Below are positions 9,025 to 18,348 of a DNA stretch of 31,790 bases, one piece after another. The first letter of the stretch is position 1. Each line of letters begins with the position of its first letter. Position numbers and translations under genes: made by a program. The stretch spans positions 1-31,790 of the IMG/VR virus record IMGVR_UViG_3300008069_000054, one strand, 5' to 3'. Below the pieces are notes generated by a model. The model ran no database searches and was not told where the DNA came from. It saw only the letters and a list, made by a program, of their open reading frames with translations. Origin of the DNA: a virus (Duplodnaviria > Heunggongvirae > Uroviricota > Caudoviricetes).

Positions 9025-11642
9025 TATGCAAGCCTCACAATATAGTTAAATGCGATGTTTTTGACGGTGTTTTCTGTATTACCTGTAGCATTAACGGTAA
9101 TAGAGTGCCCGTGTGAGCCAATAGCAACCGTATGTGAATGTGCACCAATACCAACCGTATGATTATGTGCACCAATATCTACCGTGTGGGCATGATTCCC
9201 GGCAGCTCCTGATGTGCCATTAAACGATGGGTTGTCAAAGCCTGTTTTACCGGTTTCACCATTAGTATTGGCATTCCCTCTGTAAATGGTATGTGTATGG
9301 TTACCAGTGGTATTAGTGGTTTTTGTTCCGTAGTTAAACGTACTGACTGTCTTCGTCCCGTAATCAAACGAACTGGTTGTTTTCGTTCCCAAATCCGTAT
9401 TTGACGCACTGGCGCTGTGAGTATGCGATTTAATCCCGTCCTGTTCCTGTGACAATACAGCACGCCCACTGGCGGGTTTGCCCTTGATTGTCCAACCGCG
9501 CATATCCGGAATAACACCAGAAGGATAGGCTATAGCCAGTTTCGGATATGCTGCCTTATCAAACGTCTGCCCCTGCATAATTGCATAGCCTGCAGGTGGT
9601 GTATCTGATGGCCACGGCAGCGGAACACCTGGCGGAAACGCTTCAATATTTGCCGAGCCGTCAAATTTTACGCCGTTAATTGTCCTTGCCGTTTTCAGCT
9701 TTGTTGCTGTAGCCGCATTGCCGGACAGTTCGCCTGAAAGACCACCGCTGAATGTCTGTTTCGCCGCCCATGTCTGAGCTTCGTCAATAATTGGCACACG
9801 TCTTGTCGTGATCGTGCGGCTTCCCGGATTTCCTGAAATACGCACCATAAAAAAGCGGTAGTTCGCTTTACTTACAGTGCTGCGCCATACATGCATTGAG
9901 CGCCCCGTACCGGAATCATCACTCGGACCAACTGCGATGTTTATCAGGTTGCCATCAATGACGCCCCAGTCCATACCGTCGGGAATGTTGGTCATGTTAT
10001 CAAGCCGAACGGTTATCAGACTGCCCGGCACAAAGTCGTAGGTCTGCCAGTCCAGGCTAGTGAGCTTTGCCACAGCACCGCCGATACCCAGATTCAGGGG
10101 AAGTGAATACGAGGTGTAGACTTCCCGCCATTCGCTCCACGAACTGCCGGTATAGACGCGCTCAAACGTGCGACCTTTCGTTGTCGTTCCTGTCCCTGTA
10201 GTGGTATAGCGTTGCAATACAGCAACGTAATCAAAACGTCTGATAACCTCTAACACCCCTAGTAGTGTTGCACCAGATGAATCCAGCAATGGACCATTGG
10301 TTGCTTTACCCGTCACACTGTAAATACCAGGGTCGGTTAGATCATTCAAATCACCGTCATAAAAGCTGCTTGCAGTCTGGCTGCCAATTCTCAGCCACGG
10401 TTCCCACTGTGGGTTTGATGCATCCCAGTTTGCAGCAAGGCAGCGGACATACATGTTCCCACGGCGAGTGGTATAACGCTGGGTATAACTGAATCCACCA
10501 CCTTTCATAACTTCAAGCACTCCCTGCGCGTAACTACCAGCTTCGGGATAGTGCAACGCAAGAGAAGCTAACGTACTGGAACTGTTTCTCCATGTACCCA
10601 GGTTATCCTCCCCGGCCAGAAAATCGAGATCCATACTGTCATCCAGCGTTCTGGCCGTCCCCTGAACGTTACGCCATACGCTCCACGGACCATCTTTGCC
10701 GTTCCATTTAGCCGTCAGGTGGCGAATATAAGTATTTCCATTGCGAACAGTGTAACGCTGTGTTCCGTTAAAATTTCCTGCTGCAAATACTTCCAGGACA
10801 CCAACGGCATTCTCTTCCGGGAAGTGTTTGGCTATCTGTGCATTAGTCGAAGTGCCTTTTGACCATGTACCCAGATAAGCTTTAACGGGACCAAATGTAT
10901 TCAGATCAGCATCAACCGGCATTTCGCCGTTGTTTTTCATAAACGTCAGGCTGGTAACGCCAACATTGTCCAGAAAAGCGCCCTTATCTGGAATATCGCC
11001 ACCGTTCTGGTCTTTCTGCAGACGTTTCTCAGCATTGTCATAGGCTGCTTTTACTGCCTTTGGCGTTGCCGCCAGCTTTTCACTGGTGCTGTTTGTTGCA
11101 CTGCTTAACTGAGTAAAACCTTTTTCTGTCAGTGTGGCGTCAGGATGGCGGCGGGACTGCTCATGCTCTGCGATTTTGTCATCGACGTAATCCTGCGTCG
11201 CCATCACTGTGCTGGCATCAATACTCAGCTCAACGGACGCCACGTTGCTGAGAATAATAACCATGCGGCAGGTCTGCGCACGTCCGGAGCCTTCAGCCAG
11301 TTCTGGCTTATAGCTTTCTGCCATGTTGGATACCGCAATCAGTGTTCCGGCATCGTCATACAGACCCAGCTCACGCATCCAGAAGCCGCCCACTTCGGGC
11401 GGTACAACCAGTTCAGCCACGATATAGTTTTTATTCTTATTATCCACGCTGACTTTATTCAGAGCGTGACGCCAGACCTCATGCACCAGTTTCGTCTGAC
11501 CGGCATCCGGCACCGGCAATTTGCCATTACCGTCACCCACGGCCATTGCAGACAGGTTTACTTTTTTCCCGCCGGGGACAGTGGCGGCTGCCAGCTTTGC
11601 GGCTCCGGCAGTAGTGATAACGGTTTTAAATTTCGTGCTCAT
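9024..11642 (-). CDS. H: Tail fibre protein H (mosaic: P2-like N-terminus, three internal ~85-aa repeats, His-rich GxHxH tip domain)
   Basis: 872 aa; N-terminus [20 protein letters not shown]... is P2 gpH-like. Residues about 250-510 contain three tandem repeats (GVLEV...QRYT.R.GN.Y.R...W). C-terminus carries GNHTHTI / [36 protein letters not shown] repeats. Confidence 0.9.
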   Translation of the reverse strand: MSTKFKTVITTAGAAKLAAATVPGGKKVNLSAMAVGDGNGKLPVPDAGQTKLVHEVWRHALNKVSVDNKNKNYIVAELVVPPEVGGFWMRELGLYDDAGTLIAVSNMAESYKPELAEGSGRAQTCRMVIILSNVASVELSIDASTVMATQDYVDDKIAEHEQSRRHPDATLTEKGFTQLSSATNSTSEKLAATPKAVKAAYDNAEKRLQKDQNGGDIPDKGAFLDNVGVTSLTFMKNNGEMPVDADLNTFGPVKAYLGTWSKGTSTNAQIAKHFPEENAVGVLEVFAAGNFNGTQRYTVRNGNTYIRHLTAKWNGKDGPWSVWRNVQGTARTLDDSMDLDFLAGEDNLGTWRNSSSTLASLALHYPEAGSYAQGVLEVMKGGGFSYTQRYTTRRGNMYVRCLAANWDASNPQWEPWLRIGSQTASSFYDGDLNDLTDPGIYSVTGKATNGPLLDSSGATLLGVLEVIRRFDYVAVLQRYTTTGTGTTTKGRTFERVYTGSSWSEWREVYTSYSLPLNLGIGGAVAKLTSLDWQTYDFVPGSLITVRLDNMTNIPDGMDWGVIDGNLINIAVGPSDDSGTGRSMHVWRSTVSKANYRFFMVRISGNPGSRTITTRRVPIIDEAQTWAAKQTFSGGLSGELSGNAATATKLKTARTINGVKFDGSANIEAFPPGVPLPWPSDTPPAGYAIMQGQTFDKAAYPKLAIAYPSGVIPDMRGWTIKGKPASGRAVLSQEQDGIKSHTHSASASNTDLGTKTTSSFDYGTKTVSTFNYGTKTTNTTGNHTHTIYRGNANTNGETGKTGFDNPSFNGTSGAAGNHAHTVDIGAHNHTVGIGAHSHTVAIGSHGHSITVNATGNTENTVKNIAFNYIVRLA

Positions 11643-11652
11643 TGTTTCTCAC

Positions 11653-12183
11653 TTATCCGGGATAAACAGTAATAACATCACCATCACAGACCACACCGCC
11701 TGTATACAGATAGCCGGGGATGTCCTGGATAATGTTCAGACCGATAAGGTGGCGACTTGCGGGTTTGGCATCGGCAATCAGCCGTTCCATTTCCAGATAC
11801 ATCTCCTCCGTGATGCCGCTTTCCAGTACGCCGATATCAAGGCGGAAGGTTCCGGGCGGGTCGTTTGTCTCCCACCATTCCTTTACGTTAATGAGATAGC
11901 CGAGCGGCTCCACCACACGCCGGATTGCGCCGACAGTGCCTTTATGACAATGAATGAAATAGGCATCGCGGATAACGGCGCGTTTTGTCGCTTCCGGCCA
12001 CTTTTCATCCCACCTGTCGACCGAAAACGCCCACGCCAGCCACGGCAGCAGATTTGCCGGACAGGAGTCCGGGTTCCACAGCTCACGAATACTGACCGGT
12101 GTTTTTTCAATTTCCGCACAGGCTTTTGCGGCGGCGACTTCAAGCGGTGATGAGCCGGTCGGCAGCAGGCGCGAATCACTCAT
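11653..12183 (-). CDS. I: Baseplate assembly protein I
   Basis: 176 aa, same length and position as P2 gpI. Confidence 0.88.
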   Translation of the reverse strand: MSDSRLLPTGSSPLEVAAAKACAEIEKTPVSIRELWNPDSCPANLLPWLAWAFSVDRWDEKWPEATKRAVIRDAYFIHCHKGTVGAIRRVVEPLGYLINVKEWWETNDPPGTFRLDIGVLESGITEEMYLEMERLIADAKPASRHLIGLNIIQDIPGYLYTGGVVCDGDVITVYPG

Positions 12184-13084
12184 CCGAGCCTCCGGTCACG
12201 ACGCGGTATTCGGTACAGAAAGACGCCTGCGTACTGTTGAGCACGATGTCGGCCAGTGGTGCAGCCAGTTCGACACGCTGCACGCCTTCCACATGCAAAG
12301 CGGCATAAATGGCAGACAGACGGATGTCGCGCCCCAGCCGGTGCTGTGCCGTGATGTATGCTTCCAGTTTTTTCACGGCGGCGGCGCGGATGGGTTCGCT
12401 TTCGGGACCAGGGTAAAGGTACAGCGTGGCGTTTATCTGGTATTCAACAATGGCGGCAGACTGCACGGTCACTCGGTCGGCCACCGGCCTGACGTCCTCG
12501 CCATTAAGGGCGTTACGCACCACTGCCAGCAGGTCTTCGGATGCGACACCGTTATTTTCACGTGACAGCACAGAGATGGTGACGCAGGCCGGAGACGGAC
12601 TGGTGACAGAAATATCCGCGACACGCCCGTCGGCACTGCGACCATGATACTGATAGGCTCCCACCGACCCGGCGACGCTTAAGCCCTCAAACGCCTGCTG
12701 AATACGCAGACGATAATCGGTGTCAGACTCCATCACTGCCGGTGTCGGCGGGATAGTCGAATCATCTGCCGGGGTGATAATCAGGCGCGTGGTGTTGTAA
12801 TTGGCACCAATCACATCAAGGTCATTACCGGCGGCACAGGCCAGCATCACCGCCCGTGCGGCCTCATTCACACGCTGACGCCAGATAAGCTCACGATAAG
12901 CGTTTTCCTCCAGCAGTTTGACGAGAGGCTCGGATTCCAGCGTCAGGGTACTGGCGACCGCCTCCTGCTGGTCTTCCGGGTAAAGGGAAATCAGTGTCGC
13001 CTTGCGTTCAGCGAGAATGGTTTCAAAGTCCAGCTCCTCGACCACATCCGGTGCGGGTAGCTGGTTCAGGTCGATAATCGGCAT
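12176..13084 (-). CDS. J: Baseplate assembly protein J
   Basis: 302 aa, same length and position as P2 gpJ. Confidence 0.9.
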   Translation of the reverse strand: MPIIDLNQLPAPDVVEELDFETILAERKATLISLYPEDQQEAVASTLTLESEPLVKLLEENAYRELIWRQRVNEAARAVMLACAAGNDLDVIGANYNTTRLIITPADDSTIPPTPAVMESDTDYRLRIQQAFEGLSVAGSVGAYQYHGRSADGRVADISVTSPSPACVTISVLSRENNGVASEDLLAVVRNALNGEDVRPVADRVTVQSAAIVEYQINATLYLYPGPESEPIRAAAVKKLEAYITAQHRLGRDIRLSAIYAALHVEGVQRVELAAPLADIVLNSTQASFCTEYRVVTGGSDE

Positions 13085-13088
13085 GGTT

Positions 13089-13436
13089 TCAACTCACAGG
13101 GATGGTTAACGAAAGTGGCTGGCCGGTGTCGTTGTGCTGGCCGGTTAACGTGACCGTCATTCGCCCGTCAAAACTGCGCGCAGTGGTGACGGATGACAGG
13201 GTGACGCGGGGTTCCCATTTCAGCACCGCCATGTAACAGGCGACCTTAATCTGCAACTCAAGCGCCGGGGTCTGCGGCTGGTCAATCATTGACGCCAGCA
13301 ACGAGCCGTAATCACGACGCATCACCCGTGAGCCGACGGGGGTACGCAGGATATCGCCGATACTCTGGCTGATATGCTCAAGGTCAGTGACAGTCAGGCC
13401 ATCACTGCGATTCATTCCGAGATAACGCGCTGTCAT
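13089..13436 (-). CDS. W: Baseplate wedge protein W
   Basis: 115 aa, same length and position as P2 gpW (GPW/gp25-like). Confidence 0.88.
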   Translation of the reverse strand: MTARYLGMNRSDGLTVTDLEHISQSIGDILRTPVGSRVMRRDYGSLLASMIDQPQTPALELQIKVACYMAVLKWEPRVTLSSVTTARSFDGRMTVTLTGQHNDTGQPLSLTIPVS

Positions 13437-14068
13437 AAAGGACTCCCGGTTGTGCCGCCGCTGTCGCCGGGGTGTTTGTGGGTATGCAGTACCTTACCGT
13501 TTGAGGAGAGTTCACCGCCGGTGTGTTCAATGTTGCCGCGCATCGTCCCGCCCTTCTGCACTTCCAGCGTGCCGGTAATCAGCCTGTTGGTGCAGACCAC
13601 CTCCGGTGTGTCCAGGGTAACGCGGGTTGATGCTTTCACCGTGACCACCGGCACCGTGGCAGTAACAGAATCAGAAGCCGTCACGCTGGCCGTTTTAATT
13701 CCGCTTACCGTGAGTGCACTGGTTTCGGGTTCATACTCAATCACCGCCCCGTCAGGGAAACGGATATGCAGGGCATCCGCCGACGCAGACGGCGCGGGGT
13801 TATCACCGGAATAAATCCCCGGCAGAACGAACGCCGTGTCGAGTTCACCACCCACGGCCAGAATCAGCACCTGTTCCCCCACGGAAGGTGCCCACCATGT
13901 GCGCGAACGTCCTGCGCGATGGGTCAGCCACTGAAGCCAGTCGGTGCACATGCCGCCGGTCTGCACACGGCAGCGACCGGCGTTAAGGTCGGTTTCGACG
14001 ATAATGCCGGTGCGTATCATGTTGCGCAGTGCGCGCGCGAGTTCCTGAATATTTGCGAGAGTGTTCAT
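13433..14068 (-). CDS. V: Baseplate central spike protein V
   Basis: 211 aa, same length as P2 gpV; OB-fold spike-like sequence; overlaps the W start by 4 nt. Confidence 0.9.
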   Translation of the reverse strand: MNTLANIQELARALRNMIRTGIIVETDLNAGRCRVQTGGMCTDWLQWLTHRAGRSRTWWAPSVGEQVLILAVGGELDTAFVLPGIYSGDNPAPSASADALHIRFPDGAVIEYEPETSALTVSGIKTASVTASDSVTATVPVVTVKASTRVTLDTPEVVCTNRLITGTLEVQKGGTMRGNIEHTGGELSSNGKVLHTHKHPGDSGGTTGSPL

Positions 14069-14134
14069 AACGGGAAGGATGCCGCCGGGTCATACCGGCG
14101 GCAATGTGACGATGAGGTGTCGGGAATGGCACAA

Positions 14135-14587
14135 CTAACGGTCGAGGTGAGCCAGGATAATCTCTTCAATCATCTGCATATCCTCACCGGTAAAGCCGAG
14201 CAGAGGACGCGCCGGATAATCAATTTTCTTACCGTCTTTTCGGTTTTCTTCCGACAGACCGAACTGATGCACACTGGCAATTTTCGGCGACTTCCCGCCG
14301 TAAAACTCCATTGATGCCTGTTCCGGGCTGGCGCGGATATGCAAAAAACGACTGGTGATAAGTTTCGCAAACATTTTTCGCTTAACACGACCAGTCTTTT
14401 TTCTGGCGCTCTGCTGCTGGCGTGGTGCGTAGGGTGTGCCGTCCGGGGCTTTCTGTGCCATCACCCGGCGCTGCTGACTCTGACGCAGACGTTTCGCCAG
14501 TTCGGCGCTCAGTCGCCGACGCCCTGACGGTGACAGCGACTCAATCAGTCCGGTCAGCCGGTCTTCAAAACGCTTAAACTCATTCAT
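14135..14587 (-). CDS. S: Tail completion protein S
   Basis: 150 aa, same length and position as P2 gpS. Confidence 0.88.
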   Translation of the reverse strand: MNEFKRFEDRLTGLIESLSPSGRRRLSAELAKRLRQSQQRRVMAQKAPDGTPYAPRQQQSARKKTGRVKRKMFAKLITSRFLHIRASPEQASMEFYGGKSPKIASVHQFGLSEENRKDGKKIDYPARPLLGFTGEDMQMIEEIILAHLDR

Positions 14588-15047
14588 CCCACTTACTCAC
14601 CAGTTCACCATTGATATAAAGCTCCATCGGGCGGGTGACCGGCTCCGGCGGCGGGGGTTCCGGGATATTCTTCACATGCAGCGCGCCGTCCACCTCACTG
14701 ACCAGCGTGCGCTCGGTCAGCATCAGGCTGATGCTGATATCAAAGCTGCTGTCATTGTTGATGTCTGCATAAAACGTGAAGCCCTTTTTCTGGCCTTCGT
14801 CGGTGGTCATGATGTCGGGCTGATTTTCCCGCAGCCAAGCCAGCACCGGCACAATGAGCAGGTCAAAATCACCGGTAAAGTCGGTCACAATCACATTGAG
14901 CGTGTAACGCTTTTCGAACGACAACGACGTCGCCAGCGTGGAGGCAATACTCCCGTTATCCACGAATATCCGCAGCATCTCGGGACTGGTTTTCAGCACC
15001 GTGACGGCATCAGTCAGCGCCCTGCGCAGGCTGTCGGGTTTGAGCAT
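14580..15047 (-). CDS. R: Tail completion protein R
   Basis: 155 aa, same length and position as P2 gpR. Confidence 0.88.
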   Translation of the reverse strand: MLKPDSLRRALTDAVTVLKTSPEMLRIFVDNGSIASTLATSLSFEKRYTLNVIVTDFTGDFDLLIVPVLAWLRENQPDIMTTDEGQKKGFTFYADINNDSSFDISISLMLTERTLVSEVDGALHVKNIPEPPPPEPVTRPMELYINGELVSKWDE

Positions 15048-15300
15048 TGTTTTCGTCCTGACAGTGTTTAATCATTTTTACCTGGCTGGCACAGCGTGCC
15101 AGCGCGTTCTCAAGCTGCCGGATATCGGCACTTAAATCGCCGTTCGTCTCCGGGTCACTGCCCGGCATCGGGCAAAGACTCACTTTCGGGCAGGCGTTGT
15201 GGACAATCACTGGCGTCGGTGCAGGCGGGGCGCTGGTGCAACCGGCGCACAGCATCAGGCAGGTCAGCACCGTACCAGCGGCGAAAATCCTCGTTTTCAT
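15010..15300 (-). CDS. lysC: LysC, Rz1-like outer-membrane lipoprotein o-spanin
   Basis: Internal Met of the 15010..15417 ORF gives MKTRIFAAGTVLTCLMLCAGCTSAPPAP...: signal peptide with lipobox LCAG-C and proline-rich mature part. It overlaps the 3' end of lysB in a different frame (Rz/Rz1 architecture). Confidence 0.8.
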   Translation of the reverse strand: MKTRIFAAGTVLTCLMLCAGCTSAPPAPTPVIVHNACPKVSLCPMPGSDPETNGDLSADIRQLENALARCASQVKMIKHCQDENNAQTRQPAQGAD

Positions 15301-15580
15301 TAAGTAACCTCGTGATGGTTTTCTCGCGCTGTGCTTCACGCTTCGCAGCGTTCTCCAGCTCCTGACGCAGTGCCACCTGCGCCAGCTCGTTTTTGTCTGC
15401 CCTGGTGAGCGCAACATGAAGCTGATTTTTCAGCATGGTGATGGTCGCCTGCTGCTCGCTGGCTACGTTGTTTGCCCTGTCCAGTGAGGTGCGCAGGCTG
15501 GCGTTTTTATGCTTCGCCAGAAACAGACCCGCCACCGCCAGCGATAACAACACAACCATCACAATCATCAGCTTTGACAT
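15155..15580 (-). CDS. lysB: LysB, Rz-like inner-membrane i-spanin
   Basis: 141 aa, N-terminal TM helix (MIVMVVLLSLAVAGLFLA) followed by coiled-coil; position of P2 lysB. Confidence 0.85.
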   Translation of the reverse strand: MSKLMIVMVVLLSLAVAGLFLAKHKNASLRTSLDRANNVASEQQATITMLKNQLHVALTRADKNELAQVALRQELENAAKREAQREKTITRLLNENEDFRRWYGADLPDAVRRLHQRPACTDASDCPQRLPESESLPDAGQ

Positions 15581-15993
15581 GGTTCCCGCCCCTCAAAACG
15601 CTGACGGCAGGCCGTACGTATCAGCCGGAAGAACACCGATACCACGAGATAAATCAGCGCGGTAAAAATCCACCCGGCAGCGACCAGCGAGATAAACGTC
15701 GCCACCATCACTACCAGAGCCACCGCCCGTCTGCGCCACGGCACCGGCTGCAAAAACAGCGACGTGACAATCTTCACGGCCAGCGATTCCGGCGGCAGCT
15801 CCCGCCCGTAGCGTTCCAGCACATACTCCGTGGCATACACGCCGACACCACCGGCAACCACACAGATAACCGTCGCCAGAATCGCCCAGGTGGCGACAAA
15901 ACTGACGGCCACGCTCTGCGGGTAAATCAGGGACAGTGCCAGCATCAGCGCCAGCGACACGTTCAGCATCAGTGAAAGGGATAATTTCTTCAT
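15568..15993 (-). CDS. lysA: LysA, lysis timing membrane protein
   Basis: 141 aa, multiple hydrophobic helices; position of P2 lysA between K and lysB. Confidence 0.8.
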   Translation of the reverse strand: MKKLSLSLMLNVSLALMLALSLIYPQSVAVSFVATWAILATVICVVAGGVGVYATEYVLERYGRELPPESLAVKIVTSLFLQPVPWRRRAVALVVMVATFISLVAAGWIFTALIYLVVSVFFRLIRTACRQRFEGREPCQS

Positions 15994-16007
15994 GGTGTTT
16001 ACTCCGT

Positions 16008-16505
16008 TTAAGCCGGTACGCCGCCGGCGGTACGCCAGACGGTGACCAGTTTTTCCAGTGAATGCTCACGCTGACCGTAACCGGCACCCGGCAGGGACGC
16101 CCAGATATTGCGACAGCGTGAAATGGCGCGCTCAATGCGTCCCGCCCGGATGTCATCCAGTGCACCGCGTTCGCGGATCAACTGAATGGCGAGCCTGTCC
16201 TGTGACAACGGACTGAAATCCGGCAGGGCAAGCTGTTTGCGGTAGTGCGGCCAGAACAGGTAAAGCTGCTGATAGCGACCGGAGGCCGTGGATTTTTCAC
16301 CGCGACGGTTAAACACCTTCGCCGGTCGGCCATGCGCGAACGGGTGGTCACTGTAGTCGGTGAAAATTTCCGGCTTTCCGTCCAGTCCGGTGACTATCAC
16401 GTCATAGCCCCGGTTTTTCGTCAGCGGATGATTCGCCGTCCCTTCGGACACGGCCAGCATGTCGAGAAAGGCGGCGATATTCTGATGCGTGTTAATTACC
16501 GGCAT
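16008..16505 (-). CDS. K: Endolysin K (lysozyme)
   Basis: 165 aa, same length and position as P2 gpK. Confidence 0.9.
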   Translation of the reverse strand: MPVINTHQNIAAFLDMLAVSEGTANHPLTKNRGYDVIVTGLDGKPEIFTDYSDHPFAHGRPAKVFNRRGEKSTASGRYQQLYLFWPHYRKQLALPDFSPLSQDRLAIQLIRERGALDDIRAGRIERAISRCRNIWASLPGAGYGQREHSLEKLVTVWRTAGGVPA

Positions 16506-16786
16506 TACGGTTTCCCCCTGCCCTTAAAGCGGCGCTGAATGGCAATCTCAATCACCTGATAACCGGCGATACCCAGCATGGAACCGATGCCGCACACCGC
16601 AGGCAGTGACAGGTCAGGAAACTGCACCAGAACAACACCGGCAACCATCGAGACAAAACCGCCGAGCAACATGCGCCCGATAAACAGACGCGGGGTGATG
16701 GGTTCACCACCGGCAAGCACCTTGCCGACAACAATCAGCACCCCAATCATGAAAAGCGACAGGACGCTTTTTTCTTCTGCTGTCAT
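16505..16786 (-). CDS. Y: Holin Y
   Basis: 93 aa with hydrophobic TM segments and charged C-terminus; same length and position as P2 gpY. Confidence 0.88.
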   Translation of the reverse strand: MTAEEKSVLSLFMIGVLIVVGKVLAGGEPITPRLFIGRMLLGGFVSMVAGVVLVQFPDLSLPAVCGIGSMLGIAGYQVIEIAIQRRFKGRGKP

Positions 16787-16789
16787 GCG

Positions 16790-16993
16790 TTACTCCCACA
16801 GATTGACAGTTTCAGCCACGGGCGCGGTCTGAACGTCGGGCAGTTCGACGGCGGTGCCGTGTGGCAGCACCGCACCCAGTTCAGCCAGTCCCGGATTTGC
16901 GGCGAGCACGGTCTCAACCACGCCCTCAGTGCGCCCGTAATACCGGACACAAATGGCGTCGAGCGTGTCACCCTGTAGCGCAAAGGTCTTCAT
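16790..16993 (-). CDS. X: Tail protein X (LysM-like)
   Basis: Internal Met gives a 67-aa protein MKTFALQGDTLDAICVRYYGRTEGVVETVLAANPGLAELG..., same length as P2 gpX; the supplied ORF (to 17062) is an upstream extension overlapping L. Confidence 0.85.
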   Translation of the reverse strand: MKTFALQGDTLDAICVRYYGRTEGVVETVLAANPGLAELGAVLPHGTAVELPDVQTAPVAETVNLWE

Positions 16994-17502
16994 CAGATTT
17001 GACTCACGATGCAGCGCGGCTTGTCCTGGATACGCGCCACCGCCCAGCGCATATCCCGCCACAGTTCATCAATGGTGCTGTCAATGCTGTCGGCCTTCTT
17101 GTCGCCTTTCGCACTGGCATCCACGCCGCGATAACGCTCATAAAGCGACGCGGTCGCCATCGCACACACGGCGCGCTCGTAGTAAAAAACTTTGATGCTT
17201 TCACCGTCGATGTCGTCCGCCGGAACGTCCGCCAGACGCGTAAAACCGGCGGCAATTTTCTGTTCGCGGTACTCGTACAGCTCCGCATTCGTCTCCGCCA
17301 TGCCTGACTTGATGGCCTCACGCAGACGGGCGGGGGCGACGGTCTGCTCAAGGCGCATACGTTCCCGGACGCGCTTCGGGTCGATATCGGGAAAAAAGAA
17401 CGTGTTTTTAATCACCGGCTCGTCGCCTGCCGGTTGCGGGATGACCACCGTACCCTCACCGGACACGGGAGCCTCCTTTCGCGGAATAATCAGCGTCATC
17501 AT
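16993..17502 (-). CDS. L: Head completion/stabilisation protein L
   Basis: From the internal Met MMTLIIPRKEAPVSGEG... the protein is 169 aa, same as P2 gpL; the supplied ORF extends 20 codons upstream. Confidence 0.85.
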   Translation of the reverse strand: MMTLIIPRKEAPVSGEGTVVIPQPAGDEPVIKNTFFFPDIDPKRVRERMRLEQTVAPARLREAIKSGMAETNAELYEYREQKIAAGFTRLADVPADDIDGESIKVFYYERAVCAMATASLYERYRGVDASAKGDKKADSIDSTIDELWRDMRWAVARIQDKPRCIVSQI

Positions 17503-17601
17503 GACTACCTCTGAAAAGTCGGGCGGTGGACGCCGGTGCAGTGTCAGGTGATTCACCCTCACTGACCGGCGTGCCGCCCTGGCGCGGGGCGCATTCGGTT
17601 G

Positions 17602-18345
17602 TTAACTGGCTTTCTTTTTCGGGCGTCCACGTTTTGCCGGTGTCACGCTCCGGGTCTTACGCGGGGCGCGGGTGACCGCTTTGGGCTGCGGCTCCGGCTT
17701 CGGTTTCAGCTCCCGCTCCAGTCGTTCAATCTCTTTTTTGACGCCTGCCTGACAGTCGAGCTGTGTCGCACGTTGCAGGTGAGCCAGCGCACCGGCGGCA
17801 TCACCAGCGTCACGCAGAAACAGACCGGTGATTTTGTGCAGCTTTGCGCGCACTTCATCAGGCATGTCAGCCGTGGCGGTCAGTTCAAGGGTCTCCGTCA
17901 GCAGGCGGATATCCACAGATTCACCGGCAGCGTGGGCACGCATGGCCGCGAGTGCGACCTCCTCGGTGAACATGTACGGCGGGGTGCGGCGGTGTTTACC
18001 CGGCATGGTCAGACCGTACTTCAGGGCATAACGGGCAATCTCCAGCGCACCGGCAATATCGCCGGTATCCAGACGCCACAGCATGACCGTCATCAGAATG
18101 TCATCCTGTGCACCTTTGCCCTGCTCCAGCACACCGTTCACCCACGGCAACCAGAACGGCAGCAGTTCGCGCTTTTTCGCGGCCTTAAGCTCTTTTGAAT
18201 AAATCGCTTTCAGTGTGCGCTGGTCTGCGGCCAGCTTGACCAGCATCTGCTCATAGACAGTTGCATGTCGCAGCGGGGCGGCTTCCCGCTGCGCGGTCAT
18301 CGCTGCCGAGACCCGCATCATGTGGCGCTGTGCGGGACTCGTCAT
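17602..18345 (-). CDS. M: Terminase endonuclease (small) subunit M
   Basis: 247 aa, same length and position as P2 gpM; basic C-terminal tail. Confidence 0.9.
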   Translation of the reverse strand: MTSPAQRHMMRVSAAMTAQREAAPLRHATVYEQMLVKLAADQRTLKAIYSKELKAAKKRELLPFWLPWVNGVLEQGKGAQDDILMTVMLWRLDTGDIAGALEIARYALKYGLTMPGKHRRTPPYMFTEEVALAAMRAHAAGESVDIRLLTETLELTATADMPDEVRAKLHKITGLFLRDAGDAAGALAHLQRATQLDCQAGVKKEIERLERELKPKPEPQPKAVTRAPRKTRSVTPAKRGRPKKKAS

Positions 18346-18348
18346 CGG

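Noticed and set aside
9024-9400. Short DNA repeats (tgtgcaccaata...ccgtatg variants) that superficially resemble a repeat array
   Set aside because: They encode the GxHxH amino-acid repeats of the tail fibre tip and lack repeat-spacer periodicity, so this is not a CRISPR array.
9179-9517. 112-aa minus-strand ORF in an alternative frame inside H
   Set aside because: Nested within the tail fibre coding sequence; no ribosome-binding site noted; the H frame is strongly supported.
15593-16165. 190-aa minus-strand ORF overlapping lysA and K in another frame
   Set aside because: Alternative-frame ORF across two well-supported lysis genes; Arg/Gly/Ala-rich translation typical of out-of-frame GC-rich sequence.
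17503-17601. GC-rich intergenic region between M and L with partial dyads
   Set aside because: No clean hairpin plus T-tract and no recognisable promoter motif by eye; left unannotated.
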